DNA of 64,000 nucleotides from an uncultured Christensenella sp. (GCA_964573405.1 CAZNJK010000005.1:1430-65429), one strand, 5' to 3'. Shown: positions 9,844 to 18,667, numbered from the stretch's first letter. The notes: generated by a model from the letters alone, not told the origin. Translations and numbers: made by a program.

Positions 9844-10124
9844 TGTTTATTAAGATTCAGTTATTTGCGCACCACAAAGGTCAAGGTAGTACCAAAAACG
9901 GTCGTGACAGCAAAAGCAAACGACTTGGTGTAAAAAGAGCAGACGGTCAAAAGGTTACTGCTGGTTCAATCTTGATTCGTCAAAGAGGTACCAAAGTAAA
10001 TGCTGGCAAGAATGTTGGCTGTGGCAAAGACTACACACTTTTTGCTCTTACTGATGGTGTTGTAAAATTTGAACACGTTTCTAAGGATAAAAAAGCTGTA
10101 AGCGTATATCCAGTAGAAAAATAA
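9840..10124 (+). CDS. rpmA: 50S ribosomal protein L27 with cleavable N-terminal extension
   Basis: MMFIKIQLF|[15 protein letters not shown]. This is a Firmicute-type propeptide ending in F, followed by the conserved mature N-terminus. The start overlaps the prp stop (ATGA). Confidence 0.95.
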   Translation: MMFIKIQLFAHHKGQGSTKNGRDSKSKRLGVKRADGQKVTAGSILIRQRGTKVNAGKNVGCGKDYTLFALTDGVVKFEHVSKDKKAVSVYPVEK

Positions 10125-10127
10125 TTG

Positions 10128-10155
10128 GAAGCCAACTTTTAGTTGGCTTCTTTTT
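10128..10155 (+). terminator. Intrinsic terminator after rpmA
   Basis: 9-bp stem GAAGCCAAC / GTTGGCTTC, 5-nt loop, T5 run. Confidence 0.8.
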
Positions 10156-10171
10156 GTATTTAGGAGATTAT

Positions 10172-11002
10172 ATGAATTACGAGATTTTAGACGATGGAAT
10201 CTTCATTCCGTCGACGCCCGATTTTGATGCAAAACACACCATTGAGTGCGGACAGGTTTTTCGTTATAGGCCTAGGGATTTTGGCTACACCATATATACA
10301 TTGAGTCACAAAGCGGATATTTATTGTCAAAAAGGTGGCACAAAAATTATTTGCAAAAACAAAAAATATTTCATCAAATACTTGGATTTGGATACAAACT
10401 ATGCTATAATAAAATCGCAATTAGATAAGCAAAACTTATCTGACGCAATAAACTATGGTGCTGGAATCCATATTTTGCACCAAGACCCGCTTGAAATGAT
10501 AATAAGTTTTATCATATCTGCAAATAATAATATCCCTAGGATTAAGAGCACGGTTGAGAAGTTGTGCGAAGGGTATGGGACAAAGATTGATGATTATTAT
10601 TCGTTTCCCACTCTTCAGCAGTTGTCAAGTGTGTCAGTAGAGTTCTTTAAGAACATCGGCTGTGGATATAGGGCGGAGTATCTTGTGGACACAATCGCAA
10701 AGTTGAAAGATTTTGATATTGATAGGCTGTATGGTATGGACACTATCTCGGCTAGGAAAGAACTTATGAAATTGAAAGGCGTTGGTCGAAAAGTTGCCGA
10801 TTGTGTGTTGCTTTTTGGCTTCGGCAAAACAGATGTTTTTCCTACCGACACGTGGATAATAAAGGCTTATGAAGACGAGTTTGGGACAACTAACTTATCG
10901 CCAATTAAAATAAGTGAATATTATACCGCAAGATTCGGTCAGTTGTCGGGGTATGCTCAGCAATATATGTTTTTTGCGAAAAGAAATTTAAAGGAGTTCT
11001 AA
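10172..11002 (+). CDS. ogg: 8-oxoguanine DNA glycosylase, OGG1-type (HhH-GPD)
   Basis: LKGVGRKVADCVLLFG...FPTDTW matches the OGG1 signature GVGxKVADC plus the catalytic Asp. The ATG at 10172 has an AGGAGA RBS. Confidence 0.8.
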   Translation: MNYEILDDGIFIPSTPDFDAKHTIECGQVFRYRPRDFGYTIYTLSHKADIYCQKGGTKIICKNKKYFIKYLDLDTNYAIIKSQLDKQNLSDAINYGAGIHILHQDPLEMIISFIISANNNIPRIKSTVEKLCEGYGTKIDDYYSFPTLQQLSSVSVEFFKNIGCGYRAEYLVDTIAKLKDFDIDRLYGMDTISARKELMKLKGVGRKVADCVLLFGFGKTDVFPTDTWIIKAYEDEFGTTNLSPIKISEYYTARFGQLSGYAQQYMFFAKRNLKEF

Positions 11003-11006
11003 AATT

Positions 11007-11879
11007 ATGGAAAACAAAAAGATTGCATTGTTGATGGATGTTGATAATGTAAAAATTAGTAGTGAAGCATTTGAGGAATTGTACAAGAAATTAAATGGTG
11101 TGGGTGAAGTTGTATATTGTAAGTTCTATGGTTACAACGACAGAAAACACATCTATCTTAGCGACGTAATTTCAAAATATGGTTACGAGACTGCCCCATT
11201 TATGAGATTTAAAAAGAGAATTAGCCAACTAGATGTTAGAATTATTGTTGATGCAGTTGCACTTAACTATTCTAAGCCAGAAATCAACACATTCTGTATC
11301 GTTGCTGGTGATGGCGATTTGATTCCGCTTCTTGTTGAGTTGAAGTCAAGTGGCAAAACTTTGATTGATATCAACACAGAGTATCAAGAGCAAAATACAC
11401 ATATGTTTGATATGCATATGTACATTTCTTCAATGAACGCAGGTGTTGATTCTTACAAGCCTAAGACAACAAAAACAACTACAGTAAAGACAGTTAAAAC
11501 AAAGCCAGCGCCTAAAAAGGTTGTAAGACCAGTGGTTTATGAAGAAGTTGAAGAAGAAGAGCCTGTAGTAGTTATGCCTCAACCAACTGTAAACAAAACA
11601 GTTACAACTACCGAAACTTCTTATGAAGAGCCAGTAGGGGACGATGTTGACAATAGCGAACTAAGTGCTCGTCTTAACGACATTACTGCTCGTTATGGCG
11701 AACTAGATTTCTCTAACAATAGCGATATGGATAAGAAACTTCAATTGATTAGTGATATGGAGCAACTTATCAATGACGAAACCCAAAAGGGCGAAGGTCT
11801 AAATAGCGATGACGCCGATGTAAGACAAATCTTTATCGACCTTCAAAGCATTGTTGAAGATATGAAATCTGCATTATAA
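11007..11879 (+). CDS. NYN/LabA-like (DUF88) domain protein with low-complexity linker and acidic C-terminal tail
   Basis: N-terminal IALLMDVDNV ... CIVAGDGDLIPLLVELK pattern typical of LabA-like NYN domains. A T/K/V/P-rich linker (KTTKTTTVKTVKTKPAPKKV) is followed by a D/E-rich helical tail. Confidence 0.7.
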   Translation: MENKKIALLMDVDNVKISSEAFEELYKKLNGVGEVVYCKFYGYNDRKHIYLSDVISKYGYETAPFMRFKKRISQLDVRIIVDAVALNYSKPEINTFCIVAGDGDLIPLLVELKSSGKTLIDINTEYQEQNTHMFDMHMYISSMNAGVDSYKPKTTKTTTVKTVKTKPAPKKVVRPVVYEEVEEEEPVVVMPQPTVNKTVTTTETSYEEPVGDDVDNSELSARLNDITARYGELDFSNNSDMDKKLQLISDMEQLINDETQKGEGLNSDDADVRQIFIDLQSIVEDMKSAL

Positions 11880-11890
11880 TCTAAGAACAT

Positions 11891-11922
11891 AAGACTTGTT
11901 ACTTTTGTGACGAGTCTTTTTT
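11891..11922 (+). terminator. Intrinsic terminator after the NYN-domain gene
   Basis: 9-bp stem AAGACTTGT / ACGAGTCTT (one G-U pair), then a T-run. Confidence 0.7.
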
Positions 11923-11974
11923 GTTGCTACCTAGCGGTGATTATAAACATATAAAAATTGAGTCTATCACAGTT

Positions 11975-12003
11975 TTGACAAAATCTGCAGGGTATGATAT
12001 ACT
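11975..12003 (+). promoter_or_regulatory. Promoter
   Basis: TTGACA (11975-11980), 17-nt spacer ending in TGa, TATACT (11998-12003). Confidence 0.55.
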
Positions 12004-12099
12004 AAACAATAATAATAGTTGGTTGCTTATTTTGATCAAGTATTAAATGCTGGCGAACAATCTAAACCAATACTATTAATGTTTAGGAGGGGGTGTAAA

Positions 12100-12717
12100 A
12101 TGAAGAAAAAAATTACTATTGGTTCTTTATTTGCAGTTGTTGTTATAACGGCAATGGCTTTATTGATTGGTTTTAACACTCCAGTGTTTTATAACACCGA
12201 ATACAGTGTTTATGAAAATGGAAAGTATGTCGGTTATTTTAATATGACAACAGAATCAAGCATAACCTATAAAGGTATTACAGGGCAAGAAAGCACTATT
12301 TATTATAATATTAAAAACAATGTGCTAACATTTGACCGAAAAGAGTTTACAATAAAAAGCAAATTCAAGTTGGTAAACGAAGACTACAAAGATGTAGTTG
12401 CACGCCCATCGAGTGGGGGATATGGCACCTTTTGTTTGTTGTTAGCAATAAATATTTCATCATTAATTGCACTAGCAACAATTTGTGGTATGGATATTTA
12501 TAAAAAGCAAAAATATAAAAACGAACAAATAAACAAAGTCAAAATATTGGAAGATATTTTGATTAGAGAAAATATTATAACCAAAGAAGATTTGGATAAA
12601 ATTTACCCCAAGACAAAAGAAGAACATATAGAACATTGTTCAAATTGCGGTTATCAATTATTTGACGAAGATGTCAAATGCTCAAATTGTGGCAAAAATA
12701 AAAAAGATAAGCAATAA
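12100..12717 (+). CDS. Membrane protein with C-terminal double-CxxC zinc ribbon (hypothetical)
   Basis: The ATG at 12100 follows AGGAGGGGG. It has an N-terminal TM, an ~100-aa external segment, a second TM, and a cytoplasmic tail ending HCSNCGYQLFDEDVKCSNCG. Confidence 0.6.
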   Translation: MKKKITIGSLFAVVVITAMALLIGFNTPVFYNTEYSVYENGKYVGYFNMTTESSITYKGITGQESTIYYNIKNNVLTFDRKEFTIKSKFKLVNEDYKDVVARPSSGGYGTFCLLLAINISSLIALATICGMDIYKKQKYKNEQINKVKILEDILIRENIITKEDLDKIYPKTKEEHIEHCSNCGYQLFDEDVKCSNCGKNKKDKQ

Positions 12718-12742
12718 ATTGTTTGGGAATGTAAATAAAATA

Positions 12743-12771
12743 TTGAAATATTGATGAGAATATGATATAAT
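12743..12771 (+). promoter_or_regulatory. Promoter of the nfeD-floA cluster
   Basis: TTGAAA (12743-12748), 17-nt spacer ending in TGa, TATAAT (12766-12771). Confidence 0.55.
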
Positions 12772-12794
12772 AAACTCAAGAACGGGAGGCTTTT

Positions 12795-13307
12795 ATGTGG
12801 CAACAATTTGTAGGACTATTTTCTGATTATGGCTTAATTGCTATGATTGTTATGCTTTTTGGACTTTTTATGTGTATGATTGAAGTTGTTATTCCTGGAT
12901 TTGGAGTATTTGGAATACTTGGCACAATTTTTACTTTTGGCGGAGTGGTTGCACGAATTATAATGGGGACGACTGGGCTTCAAATACTATCGATGCTGAT
13001 TTTGATAGTTGCTGTGGTTGTTGTGAGTTTGATTTTGGTGACCATTTTTGCTAAAGCGGGAATCTTGAGCAAAAGTGCTTTGGTGCAAGACAAAACGGTT
13101 GTTCCAGTTGACTATGAAAAGCCTACCAAAGAACAACGAAAACTGATAGGAAAAGTAGGATTTGCATATACCGTTTTTAAACCTAGCGGAAAAATGCAGT
13201 TGGATGGAAAGATATATGACGCCGTTTCAAATGAATACATTGAAAAGGGTGAAAAAATTAAAGTTGTTGAAATCAAGAACAACTCAATTGTAGTAAAGAA
13301 AGTTTAA
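12795..13307 (+). CDS. nfeD: NfeD family membrane protein (YqeZ-like)
   Basis: Multi-TM N-terminus plus a C-terminal soluble OB-like domain (GKMQLDGKIYDAVS...KIKVVEI). It lies directly upstream of floA, as in B. subtilis. Confidence 0.8.
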   Translation: MWQQFVGLFSDYGLIAMIVMLFGLFMCMIEVVIPGFGVFGILGTIFTFGGVVARIIMGTTGLQILSMLILIVAVVVVSLILVTIFAKAGILSKSALVQDKTVVPVDYEKPTKEQRKLIGKVGFAYTVFKPSGKMQLDGKIYDAVSNEYIEKGEKIKVVEIKNNSIVVKKV

Positions 13308-13317
13308 GGAGATAAAA

Positions 13318-14349
13318 ATGCTTAATTTTTTAGGAATCGCTTCAATATATGTATGGACAATCATTGCAGTCATACTAATGATTGTGATTGCGATTATTGT
13401 CGGCTTTGTACCAGTCGGGATTTGGGTTAGGGCATTGGTCTCTAATGCGTACATCCCTGCTTTCAAACTTATTGGGATGCGTTTAAGAAAAGTTGAAATT
13501 GGAAAGTTGGTCGATTGCTATATCAATGCTCGTAAAGCGGGTGTAAAACTAACAATTGACGACCTAGAAACACACTATTTGGCTGGTGGTGATGTAAATA
13601 AAGTCGTTGAAGCGTTAATTATTGCAAAAGGTGCAAAAATCGATATGTCGGTTGAAACTGCAAAAGCGATAGATTTGGCAAATAAAGATGTTGTTATGGC
13701 TGTAAAAACCGTTGTGAAACCAATGGTTATATCCACCGAAGAAATTTCAGCAATGGCAAAGAATGGCATAGAGTTAAAAGTAAAAGCCCGAGTTACTGTA
13801 AGGACAAATATTAATAAGTTTATAGGTAATGCAGGTGAAGAAACAATTTTGGCAAAAGTTGGTGAAGGGATTGTCACAACTATAGGTAGTGCAAAAACTC
13901 ACACTGAAGTCTTGGAAGACCCCGACAAAATAAGTAAAGAAATTTTGTCTAAAGGACTTGACCAAAATACCGCATACGATATATTAAGTATCGATATCGC
14001 CGATATTGATGTTGGCGAAAATATTGGCGCAAAAATTCAAGCACAACGCGCTGCCGCCGATATGAAAATTGCTAACGCTAGAGCACAAGAACGCAAGGCA
14101 TTGGCTATTGCTAGTGAACACGAGATGAGAGCAATGACTCAAGAAAAACGGGCACAACTACTAGATGCACAAGCATCAGTGCCTAAAGCAATTAGTCAAG
14201 CATTCCAACAAGGGAATATTGGCGTTATGGATTATTACAAAATGCAAAATGTGGTTGCCGATACAAAAATGAGAGAGTCGCTAGGGCGTGGTCCAAGCAA
14301 TGACAAGATGATTTCACTAAATGCTCCAGACGATAAAAATGAGGAATAA
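13318..14349 (+). CDS. floA: Flotillin-like protein FloA (YqfA, UPF0365)
   Basis: Near-colinear similarity to B. subtilis YqfA (LIGMRLRKV, HYLAGGDVNKVV, ILSIDIADIDVGENIGA, GNIGVMDYYKMQN). Confidence 0.92.
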   Translation: MLNFLGIASIYVWTIIAVILMIVIAIIVGFVPVGIWVRALVSNAYIPAFKLIGMRLRKVEIGKLVDCYINARKAGVKLTIDDLETHYLAGGDVNKVVEALIIAKGAKIDMSVETAKAIDLANKDVVMAVKTVVKPMVISTEEISAMAKNGIELKVKARVTVRTNINKFIGNAGEETILAKVGEGIVTTIGSAKTHTEVLEDPDKISKEILSKGLDQNTAYDILSIDIADIDVGENIGAKIQAQRAAADMKIANARAQERKALAIASEHEMRAMTQEKRAQLLDAQASVPKAISQAFQQGNIGVMDYYKMQNVVADTKMRESLGRGPSNDKMISLNAPDDKNEE

Positions 14350-14352
14350 CAT

Positions 14353-14889
14353 ATGGAAAAGATAATAATTATCGTATTTTTGTGCGGTATTTTTATCTTT
14401 TTTCTTTGGTTGTTGTTAAAAATGAACAAAAAAGAAAAGAAACAAGAGCCAGAAAAGAAAGAAGAAAAAAAAGAAGTAAAAGATGAAATTCCGCAAATCA
14501 TAAAAGATGTCACAATGGGGAATTATATGTACGACATTGCCCAAAATAGTGATGAAAATGATGTTGAAATTATTGAAAATGCGAATATAAAAACTGACGA
14601 AGAAAAATCAAAAAATGATGCTGAAGAAGGCATTGTGGATGCTAGTATTGAAAAAGCTTTTGATTATATCGATGACATTGGTGATGATTATGACGATATT
14701 TTGGATGATGACATTGATGAAATTGACTCCATAACGGAGACTTTTGACGATGAACTTTATGAAGATGATGAGTTAAAGCCAGACGAAGAAAATGGGCAAA
14801 AAGAGAGTGCTCTTGCAAAAGAGTATAAAGGTTTATCAAAAGAAATGAAAGCGATGTTAATTGCAAATATTTTAGAGAAGAAACACTAA
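14353..14889 (+). CDS. Membrane-anchored, highly acidic protein (occupies the yqfB position)
   Basis: N-terminal TM, then a K/E block, then a D/E-rich tail (DDIGDDYDDILDDDIDEIDS). RBS GAGGAA. Assigned by position only. Confidence 0.5.
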   Translation: MEKIIIIVFLCGIFIFFLWLLLKMNKKEKKQEPEKKEEKKEVKDEIPQIIKDVTMGNYMYDIAQNSDENDVEIIENANIKTDEEKSKNDAEEGIVDASIEKAFDYIDDIGDDYDDILDDDIDEIDSITETFDDELYEDDELKPDEENGQKESALAKEYKGLSKEMKAMLIANILEKKH

Positions 14890-14984
14890 TCTTGGAAATT
14901 AATAAAGAGATATTCTTTATTAATTCCGAGATTTTTTTTAATATTTCCACAAATTTACTCATACATATAATTAGGAGATATGAT

Positions 14985-15263
14985 ATGACTGGTGTGGATG
15001 AATTAGACATAATTAAAGATGTTTCGAATTTTAAAATGGTGCTTTATGACAATGCTATGTGGATAACGCATTATATAAAAATATTGATGTGCACGGACGA
15101 GTGTGTGAGATTGAAAGTTAAAAACAATATACTAACAATTGATGGGGTGGATATTTCAATCGTTTTACTAGAGAAAAACGAATTAGTCTTAAAGGGTAAA
15201 TTTAATAATATTTTTTTAGAAAAACCATATAAGGTGGAAGAAAAGAATGCTAAAAAAATTTGA
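14985..15263 (+). CDS. yqfC: Sporulation protein YqfC (YabP family)
   Basis: The ATG at 14985 follows AGGAGA. The pattern VRLKVKNNILTIDGVDISIVLLEKNELVLKGKFNNI fits the YabP/YqfC beta-rich fold, and the gene is syntenic, upstream of yqfD. Confidence 0.72.
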   Translation: MTGVDELDIIKDVSNFKMVLYDNAMWITHYIKILMCTDECVRLKVKNNILTIDGVDISIVLLEKNELVLKGKFNNIFLEKPYKVEEKNAKKI

Positions 15264-16359
15264 ATATTTGTTAAAATATGATGGTGTGAATTTTACATCT
15301 TTTCTAAATTTTGCCATAAAACACGATATAAAAATAAGTAATGTGTGTAGAGTAAATCCTAGAGAAGTGTCTTTTAAAATGAGTGAAAAGGAATATAAGA
15401 AGTATTTAAAATGTGAACCTAATTTTAACATTTCGATTATCAAAGTTGGTGGATTTAAAAGAGTTATTTCAACATTCTTAAAAAGACTTGGACTAGTTAT
15501 TGGGGGAGTAATTGTTATTTGCGTGTTCGCTTTGCACAAAAACATAGTTGCCAATATAAAAATTTATGGCGCTCATTATACTAACGATTCTATAGAAAAT
15601 GCGATTAAAAATTACGGTGTGGAAGTTGGCAAAAAATGTAGTTTTGATAGCGATGAATTGGAACAATTTTTACTCGATAATGTGCAAGAAATAAGCCTAG
15701 CAAGTGTCAAAAAACAAGGGAATTCAATTCTTATTAATGTTGTTGAAAAAGAAGAAAAAGATGAAGAAGAAACTCCTTTTTATGCTCCATACAATATGGT
15801 TATAAAAGATATAGATGTGCTAAGTGGGACTTCGATTGTTGAAAAAAATAGTGTTGTAAAGAAAGGAGATGTGCTTGTAGAACCATATGCGATTTCATCC
15901 AATGGCGAAAGAATTAGTGTGCCGGCAAAAGCAAATATTGTAGCAGATGTGTGGTTTTGTGGAAGTGAAGTTGCAATGAAACAAACTACAAAATATATTG
16001 AAACAAATGAACGAAAAACATATAAAAGCGTAAGTTTTTTTAAAAACTCAAAAACCGACTTTATGCCACCATATATGCACTTTGTGTCACAAACCAACAA
16101 CTATTGTGTGTCAAAAAGTATGTTTTTGCCAATATATGTAACATCTACTACATTTATAAAAACTGATAAAATTGTTGAAATATTCGATTATGAAAAATCT
16201 AAAGATGAATTTTTTGAAAAAAGTAAACAAAATGCCTATACAATTTTGCCGAAGAATGTTACAATAAATGAGATAACTCAGAGTGTATCTGATTTGTCCG
16301 ATAGATACATTTTCCAAACATATTTAAAAACAACAATGGAGATTAAAAATGAAAATTAA
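15247..16359 (+). CDS. yqfD: Sporulation protein YqfD
   Basis: 370 aa with a single central TM (LGLVIGGVIVICVFAL) and a YqfD-like N-terminal region. It overlaps the yqfC end and the ybeY start, matching B. subtilis order. Confidence 0.72.
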   Translation: MLKKFEYLLKYDGVNFTSFLNFAIKHDIKISNVCRVNPREVSFKMSEKEYKKYLKCEPNFNISIIKVGGFKRVISTFLKRLGLVIGGVIVICVFALHKNIVANIKIYGAHYTNDSIENAIKNYGVEVGKKCSFDSDELEQFLLDNVQEISLASVKKQGNSILINVVEKEEKDEEETPFYAPYNMVIKDIDVLSGTSIVEKNSVVKKGDVLVEPYAISSNGERISVPAKANIVADVWFCGSEVAMKQTTKYIETNERKTYKSVSFFKNSKTDFMPPYMHFVSQTNNYCVSKSMFLPIYVTSTTFIKTDKIVEIFDYEKSKDEFFEKSKQNAYTILPKNVTINEITQSVSDLSDRYIFQTYLKTTMEIKNEN

Positions 16360-16852
16360 CTTAAATAAAAATAAGGTTTCTTTAGATTTGCTAAATGATG
16401 TTCAAAAGACTTTTGATTATGCTATAGAGTACTTAAATATTGATTGCAAGGATTTGGAAGTAAATGTTGCATTCGTTAGCCGTTTAACCATAAAAAAAAT
16501 GAACAAAAAATTTCGCAATGTCAACAAGGTGACAGACATTCTATCGTTCCCATTTTTGCTTCAACCCCAAAAGACAGGTATGCAACTTATTGAAGAAAAC
16601 TTATCCAAGAAAAATTATATGATGTTTCTCAATCCAGAAACAAACAATGTTGTGCTTGGTGATTTGTACATTTGTTTCCCAAAAATGAAACAACAAGCCA
16701 AGGAGTATGGCACGGGGATAAGAAGAGAGTTTGTGTATCTTTGCTTGCACGGACTTCTTCATTTGCTAGGCTATGACCATCTCACTGAAGATGATAAAAA
16801 AGTGATGCGAGAAAAAGAAGAATTAATTTTGAAAAATGTATTTGAAAATTAA
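16349..16852 (+). CDS. ybeY: rRNA maturation endoribonuclease YbeY
   Basis: HGLLHLLGYDH zinc-binding motif. Confidence 0.92.
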   Translation: MKINLNKNKVSLDLLNDVQKTFDYAIEYLNIDCKDLEVNVAFVSRLTIKKMNKKFRNVNKVTDILSFPFLLQPQKTGMQLIEENLSKKNYMMFLNPETNNVVLGDLYICFPKMKQQAKEYGTGIRREFVYLCLHGLLHLLGYDHLTEDDKKVMREKEELILKNVFEN

Positions 16853-16914
16853 ATTAAGTTTGCTATAATAAGGGCGAAGTAAAATTCGCTTTTATTTTTT
16901 TATTAGGAGAGATT

Positions 16915-17802
16915 ATGTTTAAATCTGGTTTTGTTACAATTATAGGTAAGCCAAATGTAGGGAAGAGCACGCTACTAAATAGGATTATTAACGAGAAGGT
17001 TGCAATAGTGTCGCCAAAGCCTCAGACCACAAGAAATAAGATTACGGGGATTTTAAATAGTGAAGATAGTCAAATCATCTTTATCGACACCCCGGGCATA
17101 CACAAAAGTCGCAACAAACTCGACGAGTATATGCAAGATAGTATAGATAACGCGATGGATAGTGTGGATATAATCTTGCTTGTGATAGATGGCACAAAAC
17201 CTATTCGAGATAAAGATGTGGAATTTGTAAAAAGTTTTGACGACAAAAATACAATTTTGGTGGTCAATAAAATTGACGAGTTAAAGTATGAACAATTGCT
17301 TCCAAAACTTCAAGTCTTTAACGATTTAAAAAATGTTGTGGATATTATCCCGGTGTCGGCAAAGACTGGTAAGAATGTTGATGAACTTATAAAACTTATA
17401 AAAAAGCATTTAAAGGAAGGCGTGAAGTATTTTCTTAACGATGAGTTTACCGATAAGTCGGAAAGGTTTTTGGTCGCTGAAGCCATAAGGGAGAAAGTCT
17501 TATTATTATTACAAGACGAGATTCCGCATGGCGTGGCAGTCGACATCATTGAATATAAGGAAACGGAAGAATTGTACACCATAAGCGCTGACCTAATTTG
17601 CGAGAGAGAAAGTCACAAAAAAATCATTATCGGCAAGGGCGGAGAAATGCTTAAGAAAATTGGCATTCAAAGTCGTAAAGAGATAGAAGCGATTGTTGGA
17701 ACAAAAGTTATGCTTAATTTATATGTGAAAGTGCGAGAAAATTGGCGAAATAACAAAAATTATATGAACGAATACGGATATAATAAAAACGAACTTAAGT
17801 AA
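16915..17802 (+). CDS. era: GTPase Era
   Basis: G1 GKPNVGKST, G3 DTPG, G4 NKID, and a C-terminal KH domain (IIIGKGGEMLKKIG). Confidence 0.95.
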   Translation: MFKSGFVTIIGKPNVGKSTLLNRIINEKVAIVSPKPQTTRNKITGILNSEDSQIIFIDTPGIHKSRNKLDEYMQDSIDNAMDSVDIILLVIDGTKPIRDKDVEFVKSFDDKNTILVVNKIDELKYEQLLPKLQVFNDLKNVVDIIPVSAKTGKNVDELIKLIKKHLKEGVKYFLNDEFTDKSERFLVAEAIREKVLLLLQDEIPHGVAVDIIEYKETEELYTISADLICERESHKKIIIGKGGEMLKKIGIQSRKEIEAIVGTKVMLNLYVKVRENWRNNKNYMNEYGYNKNELK

Positions 17803-17856
17803 TTGTGTGAATAATTTGATTTTAATCTCATAATCTAATTTAAAAGGAGTGAAATT

Positions 17857-17937
17857 ATGAGCATTAAAGAAGTGTGCTGGCAATTATTTGCGCTCACCGG
17901 TCAAATAAATTATTATCTATTATTTAAGCACCTATAA
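17857..17937 (+). CDS. yqzL: YqzL-family micro-protein (26 aa; absent from the ORF track)
   Basis: AAAGGAG RBS, ATG at 17857, peptide MSIKEVCWQLFALTGQINYYLLFKHL. It shares the W..F..TG.I..YLLFK pattern and the era-recO position of B. subtilis YqzL. Confidence 0.6.
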   Translation: MSIKEVCWQLFALTGQINYYLLFKHL

Positions 17938-17950
17938 CTAAAGGAATACA

Positions 17951-18667
17951 ATGGACGAATACAAATTGAAGGGGGTAGTCCTTTCTGCAAGTGACTACAA
18001 AGACAAGGATATTTTAATAACACTTTTCACAGTCGAACTTGGCAAAATAAGGGCGGTTTTACGTGGCGCAAAGCAATCAAAGGCAAAACTAAAATTTGCC
18101 GGTCAGCCCTTTTGCTTCGCCGATTGGATTGCGGTAAAGCGGGGAGAATATTTTTACATCACCCAAGTTGACTTAATTGATACATTTTACGATTTAACAT
18201 CTGATTATGATAAGTTCCTAGTGGCAAGTGCAATGTCAGAACTTTGTATGGAAGTGTTGAAACCAAATATTATTAACGAAAGGTTATTCCTAACACTGCT
18301 TAGTGCCATAAAATGCCTTATCTACGAAGATGTTTCACCAAATATTATCCTTTTAAAATTCGTTGACGAACTCCTTCAAACTCAAGGCTACGGGCTTAAT
18401 TTTAAGGCGTGCGGTGTGTGTAATATGCCCATATTGGGCGAGATAATGCTATCCGCTTCGACCAACGAATTTGTGTGTGTGAGTTGTAGCGGTAATTATG
18501 GAATGGCAGTGCCAAGGCGAGAATTTAATAGCCTAAAAATCATCAATAATTCCACTTGGGATAATTTAAAATCCATAAAAATGCAAGACGACCTTGTAAG
18601 GTCTTGTCTAAACATCCTAAAATATGATATTCAAAATATTTTTAACCACAAATTCAATACATTTTAA
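17951..18667 (+). CDS. recO: DNA repair protein RecO
   Basis: N-terminal OB region (GVVLSASDYKDKD), a C-terminal Cys-rich zinc motif (CGVC...CVSC), and synteny after era. Confidence 0.9.
   Translation: MDEYKLKGVVLSASDYKDKDILITLFTVELGKIRAVLRGAKQSKAKLKFAGQPFCFADWIAVKRGEYFYITQVDLIDTFYDLTSDYDKFLVASAMSELCMEVLKPNIINERLFLTLLSAIKCLIYEDVSPNIILLKFVDELLQTQGYGLNFKACGVCNMPILGEIMLSASTNEFVCVSCSGNYGMAVPRREFNSLKIINNSTWDNLKSIKMQDDLVRSCLNILKYDIQNIFNHKFNTF

Noticed and set aside
12019-12099. N-terminal extensions of several track ORFs (12019, 14892, 47524, 49296, 50024, 58655, 59997, 60539, 35632-36969 upstream part, 862).
   Set aside because: In each case an internal ATG with a canonical GGAGG-type RBS matches the conserved N-terminus of the family. 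The upstream part overlaps a promoter, terminator or the preceding gene.
16873-16903. Weak hairpin GCGAA-6nt-TTCGC plus a T-run between ybeY and era.
   Set aside because: The stem is only 5 bp and lies downstream of a possible TGcTATAAT element (16861-16869). I cannot tell whether it is a terminator, an attenuator or nothing.
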